A stretch of 64,000 nt of DNA, taken from assembly GCA_031363945.1 (NCBI GenBank), contig JANLVJ010000084.1, forward strand, positions 14,225 through 78,224, written 5' to 3'. Of this stretch, positions 40,978 to 50,822 are shown in pieces (within the stretch, counting starts at the first letter, position 1; every line of letters starts with the position of its first letter). The notes below the pieces were generated by a model that was given only the letters and a program-made list of their open reading frames with translations, had not been told where the DNA came from and ran no database searches. This stretch comes from a bacterium (GTDB lineage Bacteria; Bacteroidota; Bacteroidia; Sphingobacteriales; Sphingobacteriaceae). A program made the position numbers and the translations under genes.

Positions 40978-42423
40978 TTAACCTACGCTACCTTCAAGTG
41001 TTATAGCAAGAAGCTTTTGTGCTTCAACAGCGAACTCCATTGGTAATTGGTTTAAAACTTCTTTGCAATAACCATTTATAATCAGGGCTGCTGCATTTTC
41101 ACTGCTTATGCCACGCTGATTACAATAGAAAATCTGGTCTTCACCAATTTTAGAAGTTGTGGCTTCATGTTCTATTGTAGCAGTAGAATTTTTAGACTCT
41201 ATGTATGGAAACGTATTCGCAGAACATTTATCTCCAATAAGCAATGAATCACACTGGGTAAAATTTCTGGCATAATCAGCATTTGATGAAACCCTCACCA
41301 AACCACGATAATTATTATTTCCTTGTCCGGCAGAAATACCTTTTGAAATAATACGACTTCTGGTATGCTTGCCCAAATGAACCATTTTAGTTCCTGTATC
41401 TGCTACCTGCTTGTTTTTTGTAACGGCTACTGAGTAGAACTCACCCTGTGAATAATCACCTTTCAGTATAACAGAAGGATACTTCCAGGTAATGGCTGAG
41501 CCTGTTTCAACCTGTGTCCATGAAATTTTCGAACTATGGCCAGCGCAGATTCCGCGTTTGGTCACAAAATTGAAAATTCCACCTTTACCCTCTTTATCTC
41601 CTGGATACCAATTCTGTACAGTAGAATATTTTATTTCAGCCCGATCGTGGGCAACGAGTTCAACAACGGCAGCATGCAATTGATTTTCATCACGCTGTGG
41701 TGCCGTACAGCCCTCAAGATAACTAACATAACTATCGTCATCTGCGATGATCAGTGTTCTTTCAAACTGACCAGAATTCATTGCATTGATCCGGAAGTAG
41801 GTAGAAAGTTCCATTGGGCAACGAACACCTTTTGGTATGTATGCAAATGAACCATCTGAAAAAACAGCAGCATTCAGGGCTGAAAAAATATTATCAGTGT
41901 ACGGTATTACTGTACCCAGATATTTGCGAACAAGCTCGGGATGATTTTGCACGGCCTCGCCGAACGAGCAAAATATAATACCCATTTCATTTAACTTAGC
42001 TTTAAAAGTTGTTGCTACTGAAACGCTGTCAAAAACTGCATCAACTGCCACACCGCTTAACATCATTTGTTCAACAAGCGGAATACCCAGCTTTTTAAAG
42101 GTGTCAAGAAGCTCTGGGTCAACTTCGTCTAAACTTTTCAGTTCAGGTTTACGTCTTGGAGCAGCATAATATGAGATGGCCTGAAAATCAAATTCTGGCA
42201 TCGGGAAATATTGCCAGCTTGGCATTGCCAGGGTCTGATAATGAGCAAATGCCTTTAAACGCCATTCTAGTAAGAATTCGGGCTCATTCTTTTTGGCTGA
42301 AATAAAGCGAACTGTTTCTTCAGTAAGCCCGATTGGAGCCATATCCATCTCGATATCTGTACTGAATCCGTATTTGTAATCAGATTCAGGTATTGCTTCT
42401 AATAATTCTTTATCGTTATTCAT
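40978..42423 (-). CDS. sufB: Fe-S cluster assembly scaffold SufB
   Basis: 481 aa. Highly conserved SufB core ([24 protein letters not shown]). Confidence 0.95.
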   Translation of the reverse strand: MNNDKELLEAIPESDYKYGFSTDIEMDMAPIGLTEETVRFISAKKNEPEFLLEWRLKAFAHYQTLAMPSWQYFPMPEFDFQAISYYAAPRRKPELKSLDEVDPELLDTFKKLGIPLVEQMMLSGVAVDAVFDSVSVATTFKAKLNEMGIIFCSFGEAVQNHPELVRKYLGTVIPYTDNIFSALNAAVFSDGSFAYIPKGVRCPMELSTYFRINAMNSGQFERTLIIADDDSYVSYLEGCTAPQRDENQLHAAVVELVAHDRAEIKYSTVQNWYPGDKEGKGGIFNFVTKRGICAGHSSKISWTQVETGSAITWKYPSVILKGDYSQGEFYSVAVTKNKQVADTGTKMVHLGKHTRSRIISKGISAGQGNNNYRGLVRVSSNADYARNFTQCDSLLIGDKCSANTFPYIESKNSTATIEHEATTSKIGEDQIFYCNQRGISSENAAALIINGYCKEVLNQLPMEFAVEAQKLLAITLEGSVG

Positions 42424-42739
42424 AACAACCTGTTCCTTGGTTTAAAGAAGATAGCATACAATAGTTGTATTCTAATCCTCTGCAAAAGTACGAAAAATGC
42501 AACCTTATTTAGAATGAATTCAATTAAAAAGAAGATTTGACATAAGTTTGACAGAACTTCTGTTTCTAAGAAACATCATTATGTAAAAAAAGAATTTTTA
42601 AGAATTTAACTAAATACGTACATTCTTACTTTAAAACCGTTTTAAACTTGATAAGTTCTATGTATTCAATAATAAATTGACATATTTAGGTTACTTTCAT
42701 CACACATATTCTTCCAATTACTTCTAAACCTGTTTAAAA

Positions 42740-44428
42740 ATGCATCATCAGTTGCAATCTATTGATTACCTGGTTTTTCTTGCTTACTTTCTCCTGGTAG
42801 CAGGATATGGTTATTGGATTTATCAGCGCAAAAGAAAAAAAGAGATCAGTTCGGCAGATTTTTTTCTTGCCGAGGGTTCATTAACCTGGTGGGCGATCGG
42901 TGCCTCACTTATCGCTTCAAATATTTCAGCAGAGCAGTTTATCGGTATGTCAGGTTCAGGTTTCAAAATGGGTCTGGCAATTTCTACTTACGAGTGGATG
43001 GCCTCGGCTACACTGATTATTGTCGCTATCTTTTTTATACCTGTTTACCTGAAAAATAAAATTTCTACCATGCCTCAGTTTTTGAGTCAGCGGTATAATG
43101 GAACAGTTGCCATGATTATGGCTGTATTCTGGTTGTTACTTTACATAGTTGTAAACCTGATGTCAATTCTTTACCTGGGGGCACTGGCAATTTCTGGTAT
43201 CTCGGGACTTAGTATTCCGTTATGTATTGGCCTGCTGGCTATATTCTCTATCTTCATTGCCTTGGGGGGCATGAAAGTAATTGGCTATACAGATGTTATA
43301 CAGGTTGCTGTTTTAATTTTAGGAGGCCTTGTAGCTACCTACCTGGCATTAAATTTAATCTCAGAGCGTGCTGGCACAACCGGACTTCTTAAAGGGTTTG
43401 TGCTGCTGAGAGAACATGCATCTGACCACTTTCAAATGATTTTTCACAAAAATAACCCCAACTATATGGAGTTGCCCGGTTTATCGGTGTTGATTGGGGG
43501 TATGTGGATTACCAACTTGAATTACTGGGGTTGCAATCAATATATCACTCAGCGAGCTCTTGGTGCAGATTTACAAACTGCCAGGGGGGGTTTACTCTTT
43601 GCAGCATTCTTAAAATTAATGATGCCGTTGATTGTTGTCTTACCTGGTATTGCTGCTTACGAATTATATCAGCAAGGTATGTTTCATACTGAAATGATGA
43701 CAGCCCATGGGGTAATCGATGTTAACAAAGCCTATCCTTCTTTATTGAACTTACTGCCTACAGGGTTGAAGGGTTTATCATTTGCGGCTCTAACAGCAGC
43801 TATTGTGGCTTCACTTGCAGGTAAAGTAAATAGTATTGCAACAATTTTCACACTTGATATTTACAAAAAAGCATTTGATAAGAATGCAAGTGAAAAGACG
43901 CTCGTGCTCTATGGAAAATATACAGTTGTTGTTGCAATGGTACTGGGTGTTATTTTAGCCCTGCTAATCGGTAATACCCTGATGGGTGAAGGCAAACAAG
44001 GTTTTCAGTATATCCAGGAATATACCGGCTTTGTATCACCTGGTATTTTTGCCATGTTTATTCTTGGCTTCTTCTGGAAAAAAACAACATCAAATGCGGC
44101 TCTATTTGCAACAATCGGAGGTTTTTTGATGGCGATTTTCTTTAAACTGATTCCTCCCTACCTTAACTTGTCGTTTTTAGCACCTTACGGGTTTTCAAAA
44201 GACAATGGTGTTGGGGTATTTGAAATTCCGTTCATTGACCGAATGGGCATAATCTTCATCATATGTATCATTGGTATGTATATTATTTCAATGATTGAAA
44301 ATTCAAAAGGCTTGCTTACAAACGGGCTTGAAGTTGATTCTTCAATGTTTAAGACTTCAAGATCATTTGCTGTAGGCTCATTAATCGTTGTTGGTATTAT
44401 TGTAGCACTTTATTCAGTGTTCTGGTAG
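42740..44428 (+). CDS. Sodium:solute symporter (SSF, SGLT-like)
   Basis: 562 aa. FFLAEGSLTWWAIGASLIASNISAEQFIGMSG and NYWGCNQYITQRAL motifs. Confidence 0.9.
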   Translation: MHHQLQSIDYLVFLAYFLLVAGYGYWIYQRKRKKEISSADFFLAEGSLTWWAIGASLIASNISAEQFIGMSGSGFKMGLAISTYEWMASATLIIVAIFFIPVYLKNKISTMPQFLSQRYNGTVAMIMAVFWLLLYIVVNLMSILYLGALAISGISGLSIPLCIGLLAIFSIFIALGGMKVIGYTDVIQVAVLILGGLVATYLALNLISERAGTTGLLKGFVLLREHASDHFQMIFHKNNPNYMELPGLSVLIGGMWITNLNYWGCNQYITQRALGADLQTARGGLLFAAFLKLMMPLIVVLPGIAAYELYQQGMFHTEMMTAHGVIDVNKAYPSLLNLLPTGLKGLSFAALTAAIVASLAGKVNSIATIFTLDIYKKAFDKNASEKTLVLYGKYTVVVAMVLGVILALLIGNTLMGEGKQGFQYIQEYTGFVSPGIFAMFILGFFWKKTTSNAALFATIGGFLMAIFFKLIPPYLNLSFLAPYGFSKDNGVGVFEIPFIDRMGIIFIICIIGMYIISMIENSKGLLTNGLEVDSSMFKTSRSFAVGSLIVVGIIVALYSVFW

Positions 44429-44460
44429 TAACAAAATTTTAAATCGAGGTAAAAAATTTG

Positions 44461-44496
44461 AGAGGGGTGCAGCATTTAGCTTCATCCCTCTTTTTT
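44461..44496 (+). terminator. Probable rho-independent terminator after the symporter
   Basis: AGAGGG ... CCCTCT stem with a long loop, followed by T6. Confidence 0.55.
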
Positions 44497-44596
44497 ATAA
44501 TTTTTGATTTTTTTAGGTCTGAAAGCAAGTTTTATCACACTAAAATCTTTACACCGGTAGTGTAAATTGTTTGATGTAAGGTTATTAGCTTTAGAA

Positions 44597-44761
44597 ATGC
44601 ATATCATTCTTCATATAGCAGCATTTGTAATTGCCTTGCTCTGGGTTTATTTATATTTTTTCATGCATGGGCCGTTCATAACCCATTTGATTCTCTTACT
44701 GGCCGTCATACTATTCATTTTCGCCCTTACCAAACACCCTGGTAAAAGAACAATCGTTTAA
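44597..44761 (+). CDS. Small two-helix membrane protein (hypothetical)
   Basis: ATG at 44597 gives MHIILHIAAFVIALLWVYLYFFMHGPFITHLILLLAVILFIFAL... Hydrophobicity is the only support. Confidence 0.3.
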   Translation: MHIILHIAAFVIALLWVYLYFFMHGPFITHLILLLAVILFIFALTKHPGKRTIV

Positions 44762-44805
44762 GAAAATCTATTTTTCGACCAAGGAAAATCATGGCTTCCT
44801 GACTT

Positions 44806-45386
44806 TAAAAAAAAATTAAGTTTAATTTAAGCCGTTGACGAAGGTAAGGCACGGCATAGCGATTTCATGACAGCAGGCTATTTACAAATTCTCCAGTAAG
44901 CCTGGCAATTTGTTTAAAGCTTTTGCCTTCTAATTCATGAAGCACAAAGACCTAGCGCTGCTGCCCAGGAAGTTTTTTCAAACATAAATCAAGTTCCTTC
45001 AATACAAGATTACAGAGGTAAATGGCCTCAGGATTATCGGCTGGGTCTACTAATAGATCGCCTAGATTGTGCGTATGATCATCTTCAACCCCCGCACTCA
45101 GTTTTTGTAAAGATTCAGGCTTTTTTTTCCGATATAAATTAATAATCTTATTTCTGGCAACCCGGAAAAGCCATGAAGTCAGTTGTTCGATTGGCTTCAT
45201 CGCCCTTGCACTTTCTATGAGTTGAAAGAACACATCTTGTAAAATATCTTCAGCATCTTCTGTCTCAGGTACCCTGCTGAGAATGAATTGAAAAAGGCGA
45301 CTTCTCTGTCTGTTCATTTGATCAATCAGTTCCTGATTCTGCAACTGTAGTTGCTTGTTATTTGACAGATTTAGGGTTTGTTCCAT
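44806..45386 (-). pseudogene. ECF-type sigma-70 factor interrupted by two in-frame nonsense codons
   Basis: Region 2 is intact (DAEDILQDVFFQL...WLFRVARNKIINLYRKK). The same frame then reads LPGQQR-TAG-VFVLHELEGKSFKQIARLTGEFVNSLLS-TGA-NRYAVPYLRQRLKLNLIFF-TAA. Region 4 therefore stays in frame but is cut by TAG (about 44953) and TGA (about 44866). Coordinates may be off by 1 nt. Confidence 0.7.
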
Positions 45387-45398
45387 ACGATGATCAGG

Positions 45399-45538
45399 TA
45401 GACGGCTTTAAAGCGATTATATTTTAATTCTTAAGGCTATTCGTTAAGCTTGTTTTATACAAGTAAGATAGACGGCTTTGACGCAATTATATTTCATTTC
45501 TTCAGGCTATTGGTTGAGTTTGTGTATTTACCAGCTTA
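45399..45538. repeat. Imperfect tandem direct repeat, 2 x ~70 bp, second copy containing the 3' end of the MFS gene
   Basis: tagacggctttaaagcgattatattttaattcttaaggctattcgttaagcttgt... versus tagacggctttgacgcaattatatttcatttcttcaggctattggttgagtttgt... About 80 percent identity by eye, period 70 bp. Confidence 0.7.
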
Positions 45539-46680
45539 AGATATACCCTCTTTACTGAGCTTCTCGAAAAGTAAAAGAAGGTAGCTAAAGCAATCATAAG
45601 AAATAAAATACCACTGCCTGCAATACCCGTTAATCCTGCAATTGAAAAGCCGTACGATCCTATGGCAGACCCAATAGCCGAACCGCAAAAAGCAGTGAAC
45701 ATATAAACAGTATTTAGTCTGCTTCTTGCTTCTGGATTAAGGGCAAATACTTTTGTCTGATTAGAAATATGAACACTCTGCTGGGCTAGATCCATCAAGA
45801 GTACAAATACTATCATACCGGCAAGGTGCAAACCAAAAAACATCAGGATTAAAAATGATACTAGCTCTAAAACGATACCTGTACCAATAATCATACGTGG
45901 CCCCCTTTTATCGGCTAATTTACCTACAAAAGGCGCACATAAAGCCCCTGCAGCGCCGAGAAGGCCAAACAGACCTGCTGTTTGTGCCCCATAATGGTAA
46001 GGCGGAATTTTCAATATAAATACCAGCGTAGACCAGAAGGCATTTAGTGTTGCAAATAATAAAGCTCCTATTATAGCCGATTCACGTAATGAGGGGTAGG
46101 TTTTAATTAAATCAATCAATGATTTCAGAAGGTCAAAATAATTACCTTGAAAAGTTACTTTGTTTTCAGGAAGCAGTTTAAAAAGCACGATCCAAATAAT
46201 GACCATAAAAAATGTGGCAAGCCAATAGATCATTCGCCAATTAAACCAGGTGTCTATCTGTCCGGCAAGGGTTCTTGATAATAGTATTCCTATAAGCAGA
46301 CCACTCATCACTTTACCTACTACTTTACCCCGCTCTGCTGGATTTGCCAGGTGCGCTGCAAAAGGAATGAGTAATTGGGGTATGCAGGAAAAAACACCAA
46401 GAAGAAAACTTGAAACTAATAACATCAGCAGATTTACAGAAACAGCAACCAGGATCAAGGCCAAAAAAGCCAGGGCAAGGCTAATCAAAATTATCTTTTT
46501 ACGCTCTAACATATCCCCTAACGGAACCAATAACAGCAACCCAATGGCATAGCCAAAAAGTGTAACTATGGGAATCAGACCGATTGTTTTCTGGGTAACA
46601 TGAAACTCATGCATCATATCACTCAATAAAGGCTGGTTGTAGTAAATATTACTGACCACCAGACAACTAGCGATCGACAT
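45502..46680 (-). CDS. MFS transporter
   Basis: 392 aa. NIYYNQPLL...GDMLERKK motifs and about 11-12 TM segments. The first TM helix looks short at the annotated ATG, and the frame stays open upstream without a canonical start. Confidence 0.8.
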   Translation of the reverse strand: MSIASCLVVSNIYYNQPLLSDMMHEFHVTQKTIGLIPIVTLFGYAIGLLLLVPLGDMLERKKIILISLALAFLALILVAVSVNLLMLLVSSFLLGVFSCIPQLLIPFAAHLANPAERGKVVGKVMSGLLIGILLSRTLAGQIDTWFNWRMIYWLATFFMVIIWIVLFKLLPENKVTFQGNYFDLLKSLIDLIKTYPSLRESAIIGALLFATLNAFWSTLVFILKIPPYHYGAQTAGLFGLLGAAGALCAPFVGKLADKRGPRMIIGTGIVLELVSFLILMFFGLHLAGMIVFVLLMDLAQQSVHISNQTKVFALNPEARSRLNTVYMFTAFCGSAIGSAIGSYGFSIAGLTGIAGSGILFLMIALATFFYFSRSSVKRVYLKLVNTQTQPIA

Positions 46681-46754
46681 GGTCCAAACAAGTAAATTAC
46701 TTATATGGACAGATTTTTGTTCTAAAATGATAATGAGAAGTTTAAATGCAGAAA

Positions 46755-48692
46755 TTAGGTTTTACTGTACCTTCCAAAGATAAGCTCTTCAGACTCGTTT
46801 TTAATCTTTTGAAAATTCATGGCCAGTAATTTTTCAGTCTGCTGTGACTCAGTTTTTATATCATGGACATTACTTGTTTGAAAAACAGGGTCGTTCCCAG
46901 TTATTTTTAGATCTGTACCAGCTAGTAAAACCTTATCTATGTTTAACTTTTTAAAAACAGGAATTTCAAGACAAGCTGGTTTAGGTTCCAGTATTGGTCT
47001 GCCTTTGAAAAACGCATTTTTTGCTTCGGTTGTCTTTCCGATAAATATTCCAGTCTCCAGGGTCATGATTTCATTAATCTCTACCAGGTTCTTTTGCTGG
47101 TGTTGTATTGAATAACCTGAAGAATAATTTTTGTGGTTCTTTTCGGTGACTCCCGATGAAATATTTATGACTTTTATTTTGCGCTCCATTTGACCAAACA
47201 TTTTACTGGTTTGCTCAGCTGTTTCAGTATCATTTACCAGCCCAATAAACTGATTTGCCAGAGACGCTCTAAGAGCCCGTGATTCATCAGCCCCATAGAG
47301 CACATTCATTTGTGAAAAATCCTGACAACAGTAAACCGTACAAATTTTATTGCCTCTTCCGGTATTCGGTAAATTTTTCAGATCAGGAATATATAAGGTA
47401 GGTGCTTCATCAAGGAGAAAAATACTTTTAAGTTTATTTTTCTGATTCATTTTATTCATGATTACGGAGGCCACAAGTGATATTACTGGGCTGATAGTAG
47501 CAGAAAGCTGTGGATTATTACCTATTGTTAAAATCGCAGGATGATTCGGATTATTTAGCTCCAGATCACAGTCATTGCCCGAGAACACCCAAAAAATATG
47601 TGGATTATTGAGTTTGTCAATTGGTGTTTGTAGGGATGAGATACAGCCCGCAACCTGAGTGCCAGCATTTTCATAAAAAGCAGTGAGTAAGCTTGAAATC
47701 ATAGCCTTACATTCCTGATCATGGGCAAGCAGGTTAAGAACTAAAGAATAATCATAAAGGCAAAGACAGATAACATGAGGCAGGGTACAAAATTCAGGTT
47801 TATGTTTTTTGAGATACCAGATTATTGCCTTCAGGTAGGCTATTGCATTGTCTGCCCAGAAATCAGCATGAATCACCCATTCTTTCTTCAGGTTTTTTAA
47901 TATCACGCCCGCATATTCAGCAGCAAAAGCAGAAACTGGCAGGTTATCCGGATGTAGCGGATTGATACGATGTGTACGGGTTATATCTGAAAAATTAATG
48001 TGATAGTAAAATAAATCTGGCCTTTTAATTAAATCAATGCAGGTATAAACGTAATTGCTTAAATCAGGATATTTATAATCATAAATAAATCCTGTATAGC
48101 CCTTTTTAAGAGATTGCCTGATAATCTCTTCTATTAAACTGTATGTTTTACCACTACCTGCTGCACCGACTATCAGGATACCCTGAAATGGATTCAGCAC
48201 GTTTATATACCCGGTGCTCGTTTTCCAGTTAAAACTAATTTCATTCTCAAACCAGGATTCCGGGTTTTTAATTCCAAAATTATCATTATCAGAAAATATT
48301 TCAGGCAAACGCAGTCTTAAACCAAAATACCCGATACAAAAAATACAAACAGGATCGGAAAATTTATAAATACACTTCATTAGATGATCAGAATACATAA
48401 AAAGTATTATCGTCGGCATAATTAAAATCATACTCAGCCACGTTGGTTTTTTCACCTTTGTTTTTGAAAGAGCTGGCTTTGACAATACGGTAAGCATAAT
48501 TGAGAGCAGAAACAAAAGTTGAGGCCATAGATAATGTGTTAATATTAGGTTGCTCAGATAGTAGTCAGTTGGCAATTCTGGAATGAAATGGTAAGAAAGA
48601 TTAAGCTCATACTGAATAAATAGGATATAAATAGAAAAGATTAAAAAAAGTAATACAATAAATCTGAATTGAAAACTTGATGCAGGTGTCAT
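46755..48692 (-). CDS. Type IV coupling protein (TraG/TraD/VirD4 family)
   Basis: 645 aa. N-terminal TM segments, Walker A IVGAAGSGKT, Walker B-like IFLLDEAPTLY, CCQDFSQ motif. Confidence 0.8.
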   Translation of the reverse strand: MTPASSFQFRFIVLLFLIFSIYILFIQYELNLSYHFIPELPTDYYLSNLILTHYLWPQLLFLLSIMLTVLSKPALSKTKVKKPTWLSMILIMPTIILFMYSDHLMKCIYKFSDPVCIFCIGYFGLRLRLPEIFSDNDNFGIKNPESWFENEISFNWKTSTGYINVLNPFQGILIVGAAGSGKTYSLIEEIIRQSLKKGYTGFIYDYKYPDLSNYVYTCIDLIKRPDLFYYHINFSDITRTHRINPLHPDNLPVSAFAAEYAGVILKNLKKEWVIHADFWADNAIAYLKAIIWYLKKHKPEFCTLPHVICLCLYDYSLVLNLLAHDQECKAMISSLLTAFYENAGTQVAGCISSLQTPIDKLNNPHIFWVFSGNDCDLELNNPNHPAILTIGNNPQLSATISPVISLVASVIMNKMNQKNKLKSIFLLDEAPTLYIPDLKNLPNTGRGNKICTVYCCQDFSQMNVLYGADESRALRASLANQFIGLVNDTETAEQTSKMFGQMERKIKVINISSGVTEKNHKNYSSGYSIQHQQKNLVEINEIMTLETGIFIGKTTEAKNAFFKGRPILEPKPACLEIPVFKKLNIDKVLLAGTDLKITGNDPVFQTSNVHDIKTESQQTEKLLAMNFQKIKNESEELIFGRYSKT

Positions 48693-48768
48693 TTGAGATC
48701 ATTTTTTTGTTTATGTTAGTTTTTGTTGATAATACTTAGTGTATTATAAAATAGCAGCTGATTTTTAA

Positions 48769-49443
48769 ATGAAAAAAGGTTCAAAATCAACAAAACTGAT
48801 AAGTATTGCCGGGGGCCTTGGCAGTCAGGGAAAATCAACCTTGGTTTTATTATTAGCTGCCTTGACCGGATCAATTCCTGATTTCAATGTATTAGTTATA
48901 GAGCTTGAAGAAAAGGGTAAGATCATACAGCTCAGGCACCAGGATCTAGGAAGTGGAAAATTTCACAGCCAAACCTGCCCTTATGATATAATCTCTTTAT
49001 CGCCTGAATCTTTTCATGATTTGCTCCCTGATTATGCCTCAAATTTTAATCTGATTTTTGTTGAAATTCCTTCAATTGAGCCAGCCAGATTGTTTGTTGA
49101 TATCTTACTCCTGAGTCAGTTTATTATTTGTCCAATTATTGGGAATGAGAAAAACTTTGAAGCAAACTCAGCATACTTTAAAATGTTAGCCAGGGTAAAA
49201 AGAATTAAGTCAACAAAGGGTCTGGAATTTGAGATCTACGCAATATTTAATAAATATAAATTCAATGAAGAGCTGAACGCCTATTTTAATCTCGCCAAAG
49301 AACTTAGAATTCACTTTTTTTCTTCTGTTATACGCCTCAATGAGGCGTTTGTCCAAGAACTGAATACATATTTAACCCCTGAAACACAAAACCAAGAATT
49401 AAAATTATTAGTCAGTGAATTCATTGAACTGATTAACCAGTGA
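48769..49443 (+). CDS. ParA/MinD-like P-loop protein with atypical Walker A
   Basis: 224 aa. ISIAGGLGSQGKSTL replaces the usual KGGxGK[ST], with a 2-residue insertion and no signature Lys. Divergent from the T4CP gene, as traA is in CTn elements. Confidence 0.55.
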   Translation: MKKGSKSTKLISIAGGLGSQGKSTLVLLLAALTGSIPDFNVLVIELEEKGKIIQLRHQDLGSGKFHSQTCPYDIISLSPESFHDLLPDYASNFNLIFVEIPSIEPARLFVDILLLSQFIICPIIGNEKNFEANSAYFKMLARVKRIKSTKGLEFEIYAIFNKYKFNEELNAYFNLAKELRIHFFSSVIRLNEAFVQELNTYLTPETQNQELKLLVSEFIELINQ

Positions 49444-50695
49444 ACCCTTTTTCATTTGATTTAGAAGTTTTAGCCGGAACTTTTATTTCTCTTACCTGTT
49501 CGGCCGAACGCACACAAAGACTGTGAGCCTGATCAAATTTTAACCAACCATTAAAACGAATACCTGCAGGACTAATCATATTTTCTATAAGCGAAGTTGA
49601 CCGCCCCCCCGATAAAAGTCGTCTGCTCTGCTCACTTATTTCGACACCAAAGATTTTTTTGGGGAGCATAGAAATTCCAGTATTTATACAGCGTTGAGGG
49701 ATGTGAATACTTAGTTTTTGGTTAGTATAATCAAGCTTTGCTGAGAAAATCTTACCAGAACCAGTTTTAAAACCATCAAGTAATGGGGTTTTACCTGTTG
49801 ATACTAATTGATCGACTTCAGCAGGAGATATCTTTCTGCCATATATTTCAATGTCAGATAAATCAGCAGATCTACTCAAATTGACTGGTATGGGTTTACT
49901 AATTGGGGTGTCTGTATTGATTGTCATTTTGGAGCCAGGAGGCTGATCGAAAGCGTTTGGCAGACCTTGTAAATTGACACCTGCCTGGTTGGGTAAAACC
50001 TGGACATGGGGCTGATCGAAAGTGTTTGGCTGATCCGCTTTTTGATTTGCCTCTACCTTAGTCAATTCAGGGACAGACATTGTATTATTATCCGAAAATA
50101 AGGGTGTGTGAACAGTTATACCGGAATGCTGGTCAACGGAGCCACGAACTGGAAACCTGATTTTAATTTTACCTTCTTCTCCAATAGATAAAAAACCACT
50201 AAATGGTATACCACGCCTTCCTTTTAGTCCTTCAATTAAGGTAGTTTCCTTACCGTTTTTTAATTGCTCGCGGTGCTCACCGCTTAATTTTACACCCAGA
50301 AATTCAACAGGTATCTCCTGTATATTTTTATCAGGAAATCTAAACTTTAGATCTCCTGCTTCATTTATTTTTAAATATGCTGAAAATTTATTGCCTTTTT
50401 TACTGGTAAAACCCGCTATTAATTCGGTTTCTTGCCCTTTGCCTAGTACTTCACGCTGTTCAGGTGATAATGAAATATTCAGCAGATGTTCGGGAACCTG
50501 TACCGTATTTTTAAAAAAGATCTTGTTTACAATGTTTGTAACCAGAATTACCGCATTAAAGAAGGTCTTAATCCATTGTTTAAATAAGTGATCAATATGC
50601 GAAAACAATAACTCCTGAAGTGAGTCATTTAAGGTCTGAATGAGCCGGTGTTGATTTTTTTCACCTTGTTGCTGGTATTCTTTCGCAGTGTCCAT
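49433..50695 (-). CDS. Protein with four topoisomerase-C-terminal-type repeats (DUF3945-like)
   Basis: 420 aa. Four ~45-aa repeats of the form LS.EQ...L..GKET.LI.GF.SKKG..FSA.L.....G.L.F.FP, starting at about aa 75, 135, 285 and 350. Confidence 0.6.
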   Translation of the reverse strand: MDTAKEYQQQGEKNQHRLIQTLNDSLQELLFSHIDHLFKQWIKTFFNAVILVTNIVNKIFFKNTVQVPEHLLNISLSPEQREVLGKGQETELIAGFTSKKGNKFSAYLKINEAGDLKFRFPDKNIQEIPVEFLGVKLSGEHREQLKNGKETTLIEGLKGRRGIPFSGFLSIGEEGKIKIRFPVRGSVDQHSGITVHTPLFSDNNTMSVPELTKVEANQKADQPNTFDQPHVQVLPNQAGVNLQGLPNAFDQPPGSKMTINTDTPISKPIPVNLSRSADLSDIEIYGRKISPAEVDQLVSTGKTPLLDGFKTGSGKIFSAKLDYTNQKLSIHIPQRCINTGISMLPKKIFGVEISEQSRRLLSGGRSTSLIENMISPAGIRFNGWLKFDQAHSLCVRSAEQVREIKVPAKTSKSNEKGFTG

Positions 50696-50822
50696 CTTTA
50701 AATTTATAATAATATTTATATCTAAATATACTTATAAACATAATTAATACAAGCTGAAAATAATTTTATTTCTCAAATAAATTTTGTGGATTCCTGGGTG
50801 AAGGGTTGCACTGGATTTTTTC

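Larger units (their letters stand above)
46755..50695. mobile_element. Remnant of a Bacteroidota-type conjugative/mobilizable element (three genes only)
   Basis: T4CP, ParA-like ATPase and a protein with topoisomerase-C-terminal-type repeats are all typical CTn cargo. No relaxase, integrase or tra genes are present in the window. Confidence 0.5.

Noticed and set aside
44806-45386. Possibility that in-frame TAG/TGA codons (ECF sigma, GGT, BphP, GNAT) reflect stop-codon reassignment or programmed readthrough
   Set aside because: Well-conserved intact genes in the same window terminate at the expected protein ends with TAG (sdaA, the CocE/NonD hydrolase, the kdp histidine kinase, MBOAT, the 6641 MFS). 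Others end with TGA (the EBP regulator, the SRPBCC protein). The interrupted genes also carry frameshifts or truncations, so ordinary pseudogenisation is the simpler reading.
46680-46755. MFS gene (45502..46680) being 5'-truncated by insertion of the T4CP gene
   Set aside because: The first TM helix looks short and the frame stays open upstream without a start codon. However the gene has a plausible ATG 75 nt after the T4CP stop and is otherwise intact. The evidence is too weak to call it a pseudogene.
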